DNA of 64,000 nucleotides from NCBI GenBank assembly GCA_000091205.1, contig AP006486.2. One strand, given 5' to 3'. Both the position numbers and the translations under genes were made by a program. Source of the DNA: Cyanidioschyzon merolae. Its lineage: Eukaryota. Under the pieces are notes generated by a model. It had not been told where the DNA came from. It saw only the letters and a list, made by a program, of their open reading frames with translations, and did no database searches. The first letter of the stretch is position 1. Each line of letters opens with the position of its first letter. Of this stretch, positions 42,968 through 56,617 are shown piece by piece.

Positions 42968-45723
42968 TCTGAAGCGAGAGTCTCGTATCAAATGGAGCCC
43001 GAATTCTGGAGCGTAGAACGATGTAGAGGTATTGGAGCGTTCGGACCTCGCAACTGCTTTTTAAAGTTTTACCGAGTTCTGGTGGCAACGCGTATTCAAG
43101 CATGCATGCATGCATGCCCGCCTTTTCTATTCGACTTCGTTTGTTGCCGATGACTCTTTTCTGAAAGAGCGTTCGACGTGCTCGTCGTTCCCGCTGCTGA
43201 ATACATTCCGAGGTTGCGTATCGAGGTCATCGTCGGCTGTGCTGCATGTAGATGAGCGTTCAAGCGCGTACACACCTGGAGCACCGGATCCGGTGGTTGC
43301 GTACCCCGGGTCGATGACGTGGCTTGGGGCGGTCACTTTTCGCGTGCAAGGCCACTGAGAAACCAAAGCGATCTGCACATGCATCGCGCACTGGGAACAG
43401 ATGTGCGACTCCTAATCGCGCCCAGAAGGTTCAAACGCGTACGAATGTGTGCGAGCAAGTGCATCGCAGTGTACATGCGGCAACGTGCTTTCAGAGTCTT
43501 AACTGTGGTTGACTCCTGCCGATGATCCTTCGACTCTGGCCATGCTCTCTCTATTCACGGCGCATTCCCCTGAGGAATGCAGGCTGGTCTCTGGAACGCG
43601 ACACTGTAGAAAGGTCCCGTCTGAACGAATACAGCTTTCATTCAATAACTGTTTCTTAAAATACATATAAAGGATGTCGACGCGCCCGGTTGAGCAGGGT
43701 TCCGCGGATTCCCAGCGGACCCTCGGGTGACACTTGAAGTTCGAGTCTTCTTCCGAGGAGCGTTTTTAAGCGATCTGCGCCATAGGCGGTTCTGGTGTCG
43801 TGCACACCAAGAAAGCGCTCATCGCATTCCCGAATGGACTGCGGTATCGCGCCAAACCCCAAAAGAAAGTTGTGCGAGCGTCTGAGGAGACGCCCCTAGA
43901 CTAGGCGATGAGCGTGCGGGTTTATTTCGGTCTACCGCGGGGAGTCGATTTTTTGCTTTCGTAGGATTTTCACGATTCCGAATACCCGAGAGATTGCTCG
44001 GTAGCGCTCACGCTCAAACCTGGATGAAAGCCGGCATCTCTGGCGTGTCGATACAGGTGCACGCTCGCTGGCGAGGCATGGTGCGGTTCGGCTGCGAGAC
44101 GTCCGCGGCAGCACGATCGCGACACCGGTACCAGATCAGGAGAGAACACAGAGCTGCTTGCTTTGTTTCCGCCTCTCGACTTTACCAAATTTTTTTGAGA
44201 TGCGCTGCCTCGAACGTCGACGTGAAGCGTAAAGGCCTTACAGATTCATGCATAGCTTTAGGATTCTCGGTCGTGTGGTCTCGGAGAGGCTCCTCGGACT
44301 CTGAGGCGCCGGAATTCCTTATGTCGAAAGGATGATTCGCGATGCACATGGCCGGGGTTTGTCAAAGAAGTGTCATCATCCTCCAACAAGTACGTGCGAA
44401 TCTCTACGATTCTCCTTTCCGTCCGAGTAGTCCACTCAAATCGCGCATTCATCACGATTTCAATGATGCTGTTCAGAGGCAACTCATGGGGCCGGCAATT
44501 CGTGCCGCCCGATTAACGAGAAACATGACTAGGTGTCGTCTCTTGACGACTTTTTTCCAGCACTTGTGGGAAATTCACTGAACTTGTAACAAAAATGATC
44601 TTTTTTCTTCGTAATCCATACCATCCTGTCTTGACGGTCATCGACGAGACCGCATTCTAAACCAGCACGATGGCTGTCACGAGATATGGTGCGAAAAGTA
44701 TCCGTCTTTTCTTTTTGCATGGAGCAATGGTCTTTGACCCGCACTTGTGTCATCGCGAAGCTTGCTTCGAATGGAACGTTTGTGTTCCCGCTCTGCAAGT
44801 CCAAAGCGTTGACGGATTGATATTTCTTGAACTGCTATCCTGCATGGATCTTGCTTGCGGTACTCGTTTCATCATGGACGGCATCGCTTTCCACAAATCC
44901 TCTATCGAATGGAACGGCGTCCGCTTTTGCATGCGGCAGACAGCGCAGTCGGCGACGGGATCGCGGAAACCAGGTCCGCCGTCACAGATATGACGCGGGG
45001 CGTCAACAAGCTGGAGTGCATCGAGGCGGCCTGATGCTCCTGCGAGGACCTCCACCGAACGATGATGGAAGTGGTCACGCCCAACAGGACACCGCTCGGA
45101 AGAAGAGGTGTGGTGGACATATGCGAACACCTGGCCACAGTCAAGTGCCCGCTGCTGCAAAGAACGCACTGATACTGAATGCAAAGGTGAAGAAGATAGC
45201 GAGCGAAGCGTTGATAAGAGGAACCGGTTGGGCTTGAGGTGCGTAAACAACACCTGAATGCTGCGAAAGCGCGATTTCAAGGCTGCCATCAACACCGTCG
45301 GACTGCAGACGAGAAATCTCGAGGGAAAGGAGGAACCAGCGTATTTGTAGCCAGACACGAGAGAGAGAGAAAGAGTTGAACTGCGGAAAAGGCTCGCAAA
45401 GGCTGCTCTGAAGAGATTTGGGAGGAGGCATGAGATTTCGTCTGCGCACCCTTGGTACAACGTTGTCCATTTTATGCTATTAGGATCAAGCCCACCCGCA
45501 AACGTCTGCACACCATCATTGAATCAGTATAGAATATAACATTACAGTACAATATTGCAACTCGCACGCCGCGGCCGTCGCTCGGCCATCGTCGTTGACC
45601 CAGTCGTACGCTCAAGCACGCTTTCTTGGGAGGGTTAGCCTTCTTGTAGCTGGGTCCTTGTTCTGGGCCAGCGTTCCGGTGTGTGACTAGTCCTGCCGAG
45701 TGTCCAAGAACTTCGATCGAGCT

Positions 45724-46179
45724 ATGGCAACTAGATTCAAGAAAAATAGGAAGAAGCGCGGTCACGTAAGTGCTGGGCACGGGCGCATCGGTAAACACCG
45801 AAAAGGTGGTGCTCGGGGAGGTCGCGGCATGGCGGGCGGCATGCACCACCACCGAACGCTTCTGGATAAATACCATCCAGGTTACTTTGGTAAGGTAGGC
45901 ATGCGGTACTTTAACGCCGGAGCGGATAAAAATGCGAAATACACGCCATGCATCAACATCGATAAGCTATGGACGCTCATTCCGCCTGCGGAGAAAGAAA
46001 AGTACGCCTCGAACAAGGAGGCGGCTCCTGTCTTGGACGTGACGCGAGCAGGTTTCTTCAAAGTGCTTGGACGGGGTCACCTTCCGAAGCAGCCACTTAT
46101 TGTGAAAGCAAAGTATTTTTCCAAGACGGCGGAGAAGAGGATCAAGGCTGCTGGCGGTGTTTGCGTGCTCACAGCTTGA
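45724..46179 (+). CDS. RPL27A: 60S ribosomal protein L27a (uL15)
   Basis: [63 protein letters not shown] is near-identical to the eukaryotic uL15 consensus. ATG at 45724. Confidence 0.9.
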   Translation: MATRFKKNRKKRGHVSAGHGRIGKHRKGGARGGRGMAGGMHHHRTLLDKYHPGYFGKVGMRYFNAGADKNAKYTPCINIDKLWTLIPPAEKEKYASNKEAAPVLDVTRAGFFKVLGRGHLPKQPLIVKAKYFSKTAEKRIKAAGGVCVLTA

Positions 46180-47937
46180 GCCGTGGCGAAGGCCTTGGCG
46201 ACATCACCATCTCCACCTCATTGAGACAGTGCAGCAGGCGGTGAAGCGTGCCTCTGCAAGCTGAGAGAGACGTTGGTATTCGGCAAGGTTATGCTCGGCT
46301 TCAGCGCTCCAAGGTATCCAACGAGTTTGGTATTCTGAGGGCTTGGCACACCCTGCGCACGCGTTCTGAAGATAGATGGGTGTCGCCTTGCCGAGATGAA
46401 CAATTCACGGCCGCAAACTGCACTTGCTGTGAGGTGCTGGCTCTCAGGAACGTCTGATTTTCAGTTCTGATGGATGCGTTGGTGACCACCTCGTGGCCTG
46501 CTACGCGGGTACGATGTGTGTAACGCGGTGCGGGAATAGGCGGGCATGTCTCTCCGTTCGTGCTCGCAACGATTCATTATGGGTGTGTGGCGCCGCCAGT
46601 GCAGCCACAGAACGCACGCTGGTGTGGACAGGTCTCGGAGTGCCCGCAGACGAGCCACTCGTGCTTGCGCTGGTGTTGCGCGCTGCACTTGCTGGAAACA
46701 CTTTCATGCTATCAGTGGCAACCCGCGAAGAGCAAATGAGCCTATTTTCCGAAACAGTAAAGGTATCGTCAGGCTCAGCCTGACCCGCCATTTCCCCAGT
46801 CATCCCAGTTGTAGCGACGAGTACCGCAGGGGTCGTCCCTAACGCCGGCCACATGCACGGCTTCATCGCATTGCAGGTGCCAGCAGCAACTCGCGAGCGT
46901 ACGAATCCTCGCCATGACGGCAATGATTGCTTCGGGCACTACCAGCACTCTATAGTCGGCGTGCTCGGAGATATATCCGTTGCCGGCATGCATGGGTGCA
47001 GTGCCAGCGTATGTGCACCCATCATATGGTATACACTCAACGCCAAGCTGAACTCAGCGCGTACGCGAATTGCCAGTGCTTCATGGGCGTGCGGGACGGG
47101 CGCTCGCCCAGTGTCGTAGCGACGCTTCGAGCCGTCTCCCAGCAGCACGATAGTATGCGTCAAGAGCCGTCGAGCTGGACTGTGCTGCTCTTGGTGAGGT
47201 AGAGCGTTTTCCTTGAACGTTCCCTGGTGGATATACAGGTGTGGGGCTTCCCGGAGAATCCTCAACGACAAGCTCATGGTCGCTCGCAAGAACTGTTATG
47301 CGCTGGTACCGCAAACCACGGATCCGGGGCAGTCCATCACATGAGACAGACGCCTGCCGTACGACACGAACTGCATCGATGAGACGAGGCTGGGGCTCGC
47401 TGTCGACGGCTGCTGTCGGCAGGTAACGCACAAACCACAAACATGGTCAGTTACACGAGGGTTCTACCTCTTCTCATCGTGAACCTCGTCCATCGAGGTA
47501 TTCACGTGCTCCGACACCATCACAGCAACACTCGTGCCAACACTTCTGTGCACTACGCACGATGTGTTTTCCGAACAGAGGCGCCATCCCCGTCTGTACC
47601 TGTATATGCGGTAGCCAGTTGCGAATATCCGACCCTGGATCAGCACTGATGCCGCTACGTGCCGCTCCGAATATTTTTGCAGCCAGCTCCATGATGCAGC
47701 GACAGGCGTTCCTGGTACGTCGAACTTAGAACGCCTTTGGAATGCTGGTAAGCTCCCTGACGATGCGGATCCAGACTTGCCGACTTGGAGGAAGCGTCCG
47801 TTACGCGGGTTCGCGGCAGCAGCAGCAGCAGCAGTAACGCCATGCCTCAGTGCATGGTCGTTGCGGCGCTTGTGGTTTGCAGAGGCCGCAGTGCACCCTA
47901 GCGGTTGTCGAAGAGGGTTGCATGGTTGGCTTTATGA

Positions 47938-48498
47938 ATGCCGCTCATAGAGACTGCCCTTCATGCTCGTCAATCCGTGTCGGAATGCTTATCAAGCGCT
48001 GAGTCACTTTTTCAACAAGTACTAGCTGCTCGAGACGAGGCAGAGCGGCGGTGTCAAGTCCAAACTACCTGGCTACGAGTGCTGGTACGCGATGTGTGTG
48101 CGCTCGTCGACGAGAGGCTTGGCGACTTTGCCGACTGGAACTGCGAAGAAAATACGCTAGATGCTGCGGAACTCCGGAAACTTCTCGAAGAAGATGCTGG
48201 CCCGGAGGCACTTGCGGAAAAAGCACACGCTCTCATCCAAGCGCAACGCTCGCGAAAACGGGAGCGACTCGCAGAACAGGACGAGGTGGCAGGCAGCGTA
48301 GGCGGCCTCGGAAACTACAAAGCCGAGTTGGAAATGATTCACTGTCAACTAGAGAAGCGCTTAAAGGAACCGAAGAGTGAGCGCGCGTACCTGGCACGTT
48401 CAATAGCGTCCGTAGCGACTGAGCTCGATCGCTGTGCAGCGCTGTTGAAACATGCCCGACAACTTGCTTGCAGCGCGTTGCAGGACACGCACCAGTGA
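47938..48498 (+). CDS. Hypothetical coiled-coil protein (186 aa)
   Basis: ATG-initiated ORF with heptad-like charged and Leu-rich segments; no recognisable domain. Confidence 0.3.
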   Translation: MPLIETALHARQSVSECLSSAESLFQQVLAARDEAERRCQVQTTWLRVLVRDVCALVDERLGDFADWNCEENTLDAAELRKLLEEDAGPEALAEKAHALIQAQRSRKRERLAEQDEVAGSVGGLGNYKAELEMIHCQLEKRLKEPKSERAYLARSIASVATELDRCAALLKHARQLACSALQDTHQ

Positions 48499-49116
48499 CA
48501 CGCTAAGGTAGCGGGATAATCAACTGAAACGCCTCGAGAGCGGAACGTCTCGTGCGCGAGCGGGAAGCACGTCATGTTACCGACGCTTGACTTTGGACGA
48601 GCATCACCGGCTACCGACTTTCTTTGCATCCGCGGTCGGTGCAACCATGCGGTCATCGATTCAGGAACCGGAGTCGTAAGCGCGTTCAGTGCTGTGGCCT
48701 TTGATCCGGTACTATCCCTCGTGGTAGAAGCAGTTTTAGCAGGCGATTTGTAGAGGAATGCAAGACGCCGTGCGTCAGCCGTTACTAGACAAAATGAGTC
48801 GCAGGTGTGCACACCCGCTCCGTCCCGATTCGCTGGACGGTGCTCCTCTGACCGTCTGCGAATGAAGCATGGCTGCTGGACGGATACACAGGGGAATGGA
48901 GGCACCATATGCGTACCAGATTTCGCGTGCTTCGCGAGAAACAAGGCTCCAGCCCTGTGATGCAAGATCGCGTAGGGAAAGCGCTGCGCTCCGACGCTGG
49001 ATAACGCTGGGCACTGTTCATGTCGCTTGATCAACAAGGCAATGTGAAATGCATCCCAAAGTAGTACTCGAAAGCAAATGGAATCTTCCGCCGACTTATG
49101 CAGCAAGAAGCCGAAC

Positions 49117-50607
49117 TCAGCGGGAAAATTTGCCAAGGGATGTGCTGAGCTTCGCTGCATGGCCCCCTGTGGTGAATGGCGCAAGCTCACTACGATGCAA
49201 GTAAAATGCCGAAAGGAATCCAATTGCAAACCAGCTGCAGCTGCTAAGAAGCACGAGCATCACTAGGTTTGCGGGAAAGTTGTCGCCGAACGAGTGCAAC
49301 ATTGCAAAGCATAACACATAGATTGGAAGCACAACGCATAGCAAAATACGATGCTCGGACGTCATAGGTCCATCTTGTTGAAAAAAGAAAATCAGCAAAA
49401 GCGCTGTTGAGAAAATAAATGCATACATGATCATATAGACACGGCGCATTAACCGACGCATCTCCTGCGGCTCCTTGGAATGCCAAAAAGAATCACTCTG
49501 CATGGAGACTGGCGATTTGCCGCTCTCTTGCTGGGTCTGACGGAGCGCCTCCAGAACCGCTTCGCGAATCGAGCTCGACGTCAAGCCAGCATCGGCACCA
49601 GAGGGTCCAGCGGACTCTGGTGCGCCCCCCTTGCTCTGGTTGTCTGCCTCCGTGAGGATCGTCGCCCCACTTGCGGATGGAGCGCCACCCATCACGCTCG
49701 TTCCTGGCTCATGCTCTTCAGGAAACTGGCGGAGCCGCTGCGGTGCAGTGGTCCATCGAGCGTCGTTCCGCGCGAGATACCGCACCGATGTATGCGCTGC
49801 TGGATACATGACGCCACCATTGCCCGTATAGTATTCATCCAATAGCTCGTCGGACGCTTGTTCGGTCCAACGCGGCCCAGCGCTAGGCATAAGCTCGTGC
49901 TCTCCGAGGCGGACTAACCGCTGGTGCTGTTCTTCGTAAACGTCGGCGGCCGCACTGCTCGAAACACGCTCACCACCGACTGCCGGATACAGGTTATCCC
50001 CGTGGGGTGTGCCAGCTCGATATCGACCATTTTTAGAATGGTACTCAGCACCGGACATAAGTTCAGCACTCGTAGAAGCCGCGAGCGGCCGATTGCGAGC
50101 GTTCCCAGAACGACCGTCTGCGAGCGGCAACGAGAGCACTGCCGACTCGGTCTCTGGGGCGAAGGGGCTAGCGCGGTCAGCTGGGCTCCCAGAACGCCCT
50201 CCGAAAGCAGCACCTTGAGCATCTTCACGTTCTCTTTCCCAGACTGTAGAACGTGGCCTCTTTCCGTGAAAACCCTCCGCAAGGGTTGCCGGTGCCCGGA
50301 CACCTACGAGCCACGTGCCGAGGCGCCAAACCAGACCTACAGCGTACCACAACAGACGATAGAGTCGCGTCACCAAGAACATGGCATATTCGTGTTTAAC
50401 GGAAGCTTTTATGCAAACAGCACCCACGGGAAGCAGCAGAAAATACCTCTGAAGCGTAAACGTTGGACCGTTGCTGCTCCAGCGGTGCGCCTGGAGTGCC
50501 TCGGCACCAGCAGCAGCAGCAGCAATCTGCACGCGAAGACGCGCTCTCCGTGGAGCGAGTCTACCGTGAATGCCACTGCTGGACGTATTCAGGCAGCTGT
50601 GGTGCAA
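49117..50607 (-). CDS. Hypothetical membrane protein: a long disordered N-terminal region followed by 3 C-terminal TM helices
   Basis: C-terminal hydrophobic segments RVYMIMYAFIFSTALLLIFFF, ILLCVVLPIYVLCFAMLHSF and LVMLVLLSSCSWFAIGFLSAFYL; no recognisable family. Confidence 0.35.
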   Translation of the reverse strand: MHHSCLNTSSSGIHGRLAPRRARLRVQIAAAAAGAEALQAHRWSSNGPTFTLQRYFLLLPVGAVCIKASVKHEYAMFLVTRLYRLLWYAVGLVWRLGTWLVGVRAPATLAEGFHGKRPRSTVWEREREDAQGAAFGGRSGSPADRASPFAPETESAVLSLPLADGRSGNARNRPLAASTSAELMSGAEYHSKNGRYRAGTPHGDNLYPAVGGERVSSSAAADVYEEQHQRLVRLGEHELMPSAGPRWTEQASDELLDEYYTGNGGVMYPAAHTSVRYLARNDARWTTAPQRLRQFPEEHEPGTSVMGGAPSASGATILTEADNQSKGGAPESAGPSGADAGLTSSSIREAVLEALRQTQQESGKSPVSMQSDSFWHSKEPQEMRRLMRRVYMIMYAFIFSTALLLIFFFQQDGPMTSEHRILLCVVLPIYVLCFAMLHSFGDNFPANLVMLVLLSSCSWFAIGFLSAFYLHRSELAPFTTGGHAAKLSTSLGKFSR

Positions 50608-53600
50608 CTTGAGGGCGTCGAATCCCCAATCACATCATGCAGTTAGGTATTTGGCTGTTTTGTGCGTCGGTATTCTCGGTTCACGCATCATGGAGCATGC
50701 GGGTGACTGGAGGCTCGTGATACATTCGCATGTGTGCGCATGAAGACGTGTGGGCATTCGGACTTGCAGGATCGACGCAGACTCGCGTGCGTTGGTGGTA
50801 GCGGCTTTCATGGGATGCAGCATCATCGTATGGTGCCAAGCGAGCCATCTTCGTTTACATGAAGCGATCGTTGCATGGATGGATCGACAGGTGTCTGATA
50901 TTGGAAGCGGGCGACGAGCGGGCGCTCAATGTCCCGCAGGACTCCCGCTCGATGTCGATCTGTAGCTGGTGGATATCTCGCAGCCGCTAGCGTCCTGGGA
51001 GCTACAGACAGCGAGTATGGAGCTCGTGATCGGCTCGAGGGCAGGCGCGCCTGCCTCCGGTCGTGTCTAGCGGTCGCTGGGCGTATTCCATTCAAGTTCA
51101 GCGGAAACAGTGCCTCGGGGGTTGTTCTCCAAAGCTCTCTGAGTAAAAAAATCATCCATGGTCGTGCGTTCTTGATCGAATGGAATGGTGTTTGCACTGA
51201 TTCGTGATCTATGAAAGGCGTGTCCAGAAAACAGGACACGTCACAGGGCTGTGAACGGTTCCCACGTGAAAATACACAAGTTTCCGGGTATTGGAAAGTG
51301 CTGCGCAGACAGTCACCGTGATTCGTGAACGTCTCCAGAGAAGCATCTCGTTCGTGTGTCCGGGGCGAGAAGCTGCTTGGGCGCGCGACAGCATTTACGC
51401 TGACGCATGCGTGGCCAGAAGCGTCGATGTTCTTGGCTGAAATGCTCGGCACGAGTCGGGCTCAAGTCTGGCTCCCTCGATGCCAGGTCGAACGTTATGC
51501 GCAGAACGGGAAAATCTGGAACACCTGGACCAGCACGCCACGTTTGCCTTTCTTGAGGGTATTCAACGAAGGCGTGCATCCTGTAACTTAGAGAATGCCT
51601 GACGGCTTTCTTTACGATGCCATTGCTAGCTTGCGAATATCTGATCGAACTTGTACAAGTAAGGCATTCCATCGTCGGCAAATGGATGACCCATCGTTTG
51701 CGGCGTCCGCATACTCCATATCGTTCGCTCAGAACGGAACCAGTATAAATCTATTCACAGGATTGTGTGCTCGTCCATCGGAGCCAATCCATTGCTTTTC
51801 TAAGAACTACCACGGAATAAGCCATATGATGTGAAGTTTCCATATAGTAGAGACGACCAGTGATGCAGATACGAATGGACAAGTTAAGAAACACGCTAGT
51901 AGTCGCACTGGTCGCACGTTGAGCAACACACGATCGATTCCGTACTGAAACGCGAACAGTTTGGGCACGACAGACGGGTATTCATCTCGCTCGATGAGAT
52001 TCTATTCCGCAGAAATCGTACATCTGCGTGTGGATACTCAACGAGCGGCAATGCAATGTTTGCAAAGAAGACACAGGCGAGCTTCGCGACTCTACCAGGC
52101 CAAGCGGCGATGTCGACGGGTGTTCGCATACAAACCTTCAAACAAGAGGAGCGTTTCGCACTCGATGCGTCACCTAAGCAGTCTTCGTGCATTCGCCTTC
52201 CCACATTCTTCCGTCCTGCTCTGAGATAACGTCGCTTTCCATCAATCTACACGGTAACGGAGATCGTAGCTGAGACTGTTGGTAAGCGAAACTTGATGCC
52301 AGCCTATGCTCAGTGGTTTCATCCATCCGGGCGCGTCTTCTCTATCGTCAAACGCCATTTTTATGTTCGACGATCAATAGACGAGTCATTCGAATCTGGG
52401 ACCCCAAACTTCTTCGACAAGTCGTTCTCTAGCTCCACCAGCCCGCAACTGCGCAGTTGCTTCTCTGCTCGTGCGTGCTTGGGGGTGAAAGGCCAGCTCT
52501 GGTCCACGGGCGTGCTCCCGATGGAGGAAATGACGAAAAAATGCGAGGAGCTGTAGATATACACCCAGAAGAGGCGAGTCTCGGTGGCAAAGTCCACCCA
52601 GTGCGCACGGGCCGTGGCAAAAACGAACGGATATACCGTATACCGACCGCGTTCCTGCCAAACCGCCAAGTAAACGAGAAGAAGAAGAAACCTCCGCATC
52701 ATGAAGAGAAAGATCCTCCTAAAGACAGTACGAGCATTGAGAGAGGGCAAAAAGTGTGAGGCCAGAGGGATTCGTCAAATACCTCTGTCGAGGACGCTCT
52801 ACGAAAATCCATCGACGGGGAACGTTTCCCGGAAATGTGATACAGCAAGGCACCAGTGATCGTAGAGTCTTGTCCTGGAGGAATGCTCACGCAGCGCCTC
52901 TCGACTTGAAGCACCTGGTAATGCCATTGTCCATGCGCGTTCTGAACGCCGGGCTTCTAGCTGCCTGCGCTCCTCTGGATTTTTTCAATCAAACCGTTGT
53001 GCAATTTCTGATGCTGGGGATAGATATTGTGAGACGGACTGAGACGCTCAGGGCTCGATATGATCCCGAGTTGGACGTGGCAGACGCCACGGGACAAACC
53101 AGCGAATAGTAGGTCGGCACCAGGACCCGTGCCAATGCCCCGAACCCTGTCCTGGACAGAGGCGATGCTGCATACGCTTCATTCAGAGAGTACATGCGGG
53201 TCCAGATTTTTCGACCAGACGATCTTTGCTACAAGGACCGGAGAGCATGCTGGCGTCCTCAACAACCGATTCCGTTGCTCCATATCACGAGGCGGTCACT
53301 CGCCAACCTCTTCATTGAGATGAAGAACAACAGCACCGATGCGTCGCGTCGTTTGCTCGAGACCTCTGACGCGGCACGTTTCGGAGAGCGCAACAGCTTC
53401 ACGTTTGTCCCTTTGATGGACGGGTACAACGCGTGCAGGGATCGGTGCTGCACGATGCCCATTGATGGCTTCGGAGCGAGATTCACACATCTCGAGCGCA
53501 AACTGGCGCTGAAGCGGGCATCCAGGGAGAGCGTAAAGCAGCGACACATCCACGATGTGGTGTCCGGAAGCATGACCGAGCGTCAGCCTGCCACGAAATC

Positions 53601-54841
53601 GAAAGCGAGTAACTTGCCGAGCTGGGACTCTACCAGAAACCATGTGCACAAGTCCTTTTTTCTGCGCAGAGACTTGAACGCCTCAGTGAACGCCAGAAAC
53701 TATTTTGTGCTTCCGGATTGATCATCGAGTTTGCATTTTTGGCGGTCATCATGTCATTCACCAGGGTGGTACTTGGATGAAACGCCGAACCCCTTCGATG
53801 AACTCATCGGTCGCCACGAGCGACAGACTTCCATCCCGGCCTGGAACGAGGTACGCGTACATGATGGAACGGCACGGCGAACGCTGGAAATCCAGCACAC
53901 CCGGATCTCCGTCTCTGGACACTGGAAAAGGCCCCGCATGCCAATGGGTGCACTTTCATGGCGCTCCACGATTCACCATTACCGAGTACGTAAGTAAAGT
54001 ACTGACATCCCACTTTACTTTTTTCGAAATCCTCCGCTGCACGAAAAACATTGCTTGTCATATGAAACCTCCAACGGCTTCTGCCTCTGATGCCCATATG
54101 CCAGGAGTTTCTCTGCTTGCTCGATGATTTTCCTCTAGCTTGCCGACATCATACCTCCATAGATGCAATCCTGTGTCGAAATCAACACAGTCGCCGCATC
54201 CCATGTCATCAAGCGGGTGCGTCTTGTCGCTGCACGACGCTGTGCTGGCGGTACGCCTCGAACACATACGACCCGACTCTGGTTTGCAAGGCGCTGGCGG
54301 CCGTCGCCAGGTCCACTCGTGCATTGCCAGTCGCCAACAGAGACAGCAAGTTCTCGTTCGGAGCGCAAAGCTCGATCGGCGACCTCTGCTGGCTATCATA
54401 TCAGATGCTGAGGACACAAAGTCTAGTGCGCATGCCCTTCATCGGAAGTATTCCGCACGCTATAATGACCGGCATGCTCCCAGCATCTGCCATGGACCTC
54501 GCAAGCATCGAGAGCGCTCCGGGAGCCGTTATCGGGTTTTTGACTTTTCCGAAGCGCACTTCGCGCTTGTATCATTCCAACGATGTACCTGCGTGTGTCC
54601 TACCTGTAGGTAGCACAGCCTATGTTTCGCAGCTGCAGTTCCTTACCGAGCAGCACCCAAGTTCCAGGAGACGTTGCAGGCAAAACAAAGGGTGAGATCG
54701 CGGGCGCTCCAGGGGCAGCGCGTCTGCGATCGAGTCGACAATCGTCAGGGAGCGGCTCGGTGTCGGCATACGCCCTGATGCAAACACGCTTTTCGTTTGC
54801 TTTCGGGAACTGTGGACGTTTTCATCTACACTGTGTCGACG

Positions 54842-55687
54842 ATGCAGGCGGGAGGCGCTGAAATTTGGCCAGGTGCGGGTGCTGGTACCGCTGCAGGCAC
54901 TGGTGGTTCAGATGCGACTCCAGTCGCGGCGGCAGCGACCACGACAACGGGAGCTAGCCGCTCCTTCAGCGTACGCGACTGGGAGGCACGCCTTAGACAG
55001 GTTCGGGTCGACAAACGCGATATCAATCGCCTCGTGATGAACTATTTCGTGGTGGAAGGATATGCGGATGCAGCGGCTGCGTTTGCCAGCGAGTCGGGTA
55101 TGGAGCCGGGGGTGGACCTCAGTGCAACCCAGCAGCGGCTGGAAGCTCGAGCGCTCGTCGAGGAAGGTCGCATCCTGGAGGCCATCCAAAGAGTGAACGC
55201 GCTTAACCCTGAAGTTCTGGACTCGAACCCGACGTTGCACTTTCGTTTGCAAAAACAGCGCCTTATCGAGTTGATTCGACAGGGTTGTATCGAAGAAGCG
55301 ATCACCTTCGCACAGGCGGAGCTGGCGCCTCTCGGACAGACCGATGAAAGTTATCTGGAGGAGCTGGAGAGAGCGATGGCGCTCCTTATCTACGATACGG
55401 CAACGCAACACCCCGACACTTCCATGGTTCAAGAACTCCTCGACGAACGACAGCGGACCCGGTTGGCGAGTGAGTTGAATGCTGCCATTCTGGCGAATCA
55501 GAATCAAGAGATTTCGCACAAGCTGCCTCGCCTTATTCGACTCATGCGGTATGCTGAGCGGGACCTGCGCAGTCGCGGTGTCGTGTTTCCTGAACTAGAC
55601 CTGGAGACGGGCGTGCTACGCGAGTCGTCGGTGTCGGCGACTTCGACTCAGGCAGAGCCAGAGCCCATGGCGGATCCATCGGCATGA
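54842..55687 (+). CDS. LisH-CTLH domain protein, GID8/TWA1-like (CTLH E3 ligase complex subunit)
   Basis: LisH INRLVMNYFVVEGYADAAAAF followed by a CTLH region (EARALVEEGRILEAIQRVNALNPEVLDSNPTLHFRLQKQRLIELIRQGCIEEAITFAQAELAP). First ATG at 54842 (the track start is TTG at 54797). Confidence 0.7.
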   Translation: MQAGGAEIWPGAGAGTAAGTGGSDATPVAAAATTTTGASRSFSVRDWEARLRQVRVDKRDINRLVMNYFVVEGYADAAAAFASESGMEPGVDLSATQQRLEARALVEEGRILEAIQRVNALNPEVLDSNPTLHFRLQKQRLIELIRQGCIEEAITFAQAELAPLGQTDESYLEELERAMALLIYDTATQHPDTSMVQELLDERQRTRLASELNAAILANQNQEISHKLPRLIRLMRYAERDLRSRGVVFPELDLETGVLRESSVSATSTQAEPEPMADPSA

Positions 55688-56197
55688 CAAGGCCCAGTGA
55701 TGCAGCATGACTCACGAGTACGATCAAACCCCGAAGACGCAGATCGCATCCGCTGCTGTTTTCGCGGTGCTCTGGGTTACCTGATAAAGGGAGCGATTGC
55801 GAGTACACACCAGAAGCCAGGGACTCCAAGGTGATCACCTGCGGCACACGCTGTCCCGAAAGTGAATGAGCCGCGGGGTCATGCGCGAAGAGTATCTCTG
55901 GGCATTCTCCGGTTCACGGTGTTCAGCATTGATCCCATCGATGCTGGTGATAACTGATTCCGGGAAGTCGCTCGTGTGGTTTATAGCTTGCTCGATGTGA
56001 CGAATTAAGAGCAGTCCACGCGATGAGGCATATCGACTTTTAGCACTCGCGTGGCGGGTCGTAGGCATCAATTCAGACTCCCTGTTACGATTCGGGTCCA
56101 TAGGAAAAGGCCGTGATTTAGCTGGATGTCTGCACCAAGGCTGCGATTTTTGCAAGCATCAAATCCATATGTGGACGTGGTCGAACACTGAACATTG

Positions 56198-56250
56198 CCG
56201 TCGCCGCCGCCGCCGCCGCCGCCACTACCACCACTACCACTACCACTCCC
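56198..56250. repeat. (GCC)n/(ACC)n trinucleotide repeat
   Basis: gccgtcgccgccgccgccgccgccgccactaccaccactaccactaccact. Confidence 0.85.
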
Positions 56251-56617
56251 TGCCGCAGTGCCCCGCGACAGAAAAGTTCCCCATCGCGATACCACATCGA
56301 AGCCGTGCGACGCTAGGCATGTCCATGGACGCTGGTGACGCCATCCAATGACCCAAGGAGCGATCCGCTCTCTTTCTAACGACGCCGAGTCACGCCGTGA
56401 TCAGGCGCTTGTGATCGAGCTAGCGTCAAACAGCGAATGATCATGGCAATCTTGCTGCATGCTTCGCGCAAGAAGTTTCCGGCCTGTACGATCGCAAACG
56501 TGATGCTACAACGTGACTGCTAATCCACGATTCTATCGTGCATCGGTTGTACGCTTGTGTGCACGTTGCCGTCTATGCCAGATGGAGCTAGGCAAGCGCA
56601 CTTTCCCCAAGATTGCT

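Noticed and set aside
48345-49229. 294-aa minus-strand ORF overlapping the 3' end of the membrane-protein gene
   Set aside because: It has no motifs and a low-complexity composition, overlaps a better-supported ORF in another frame, and is likely spurious.
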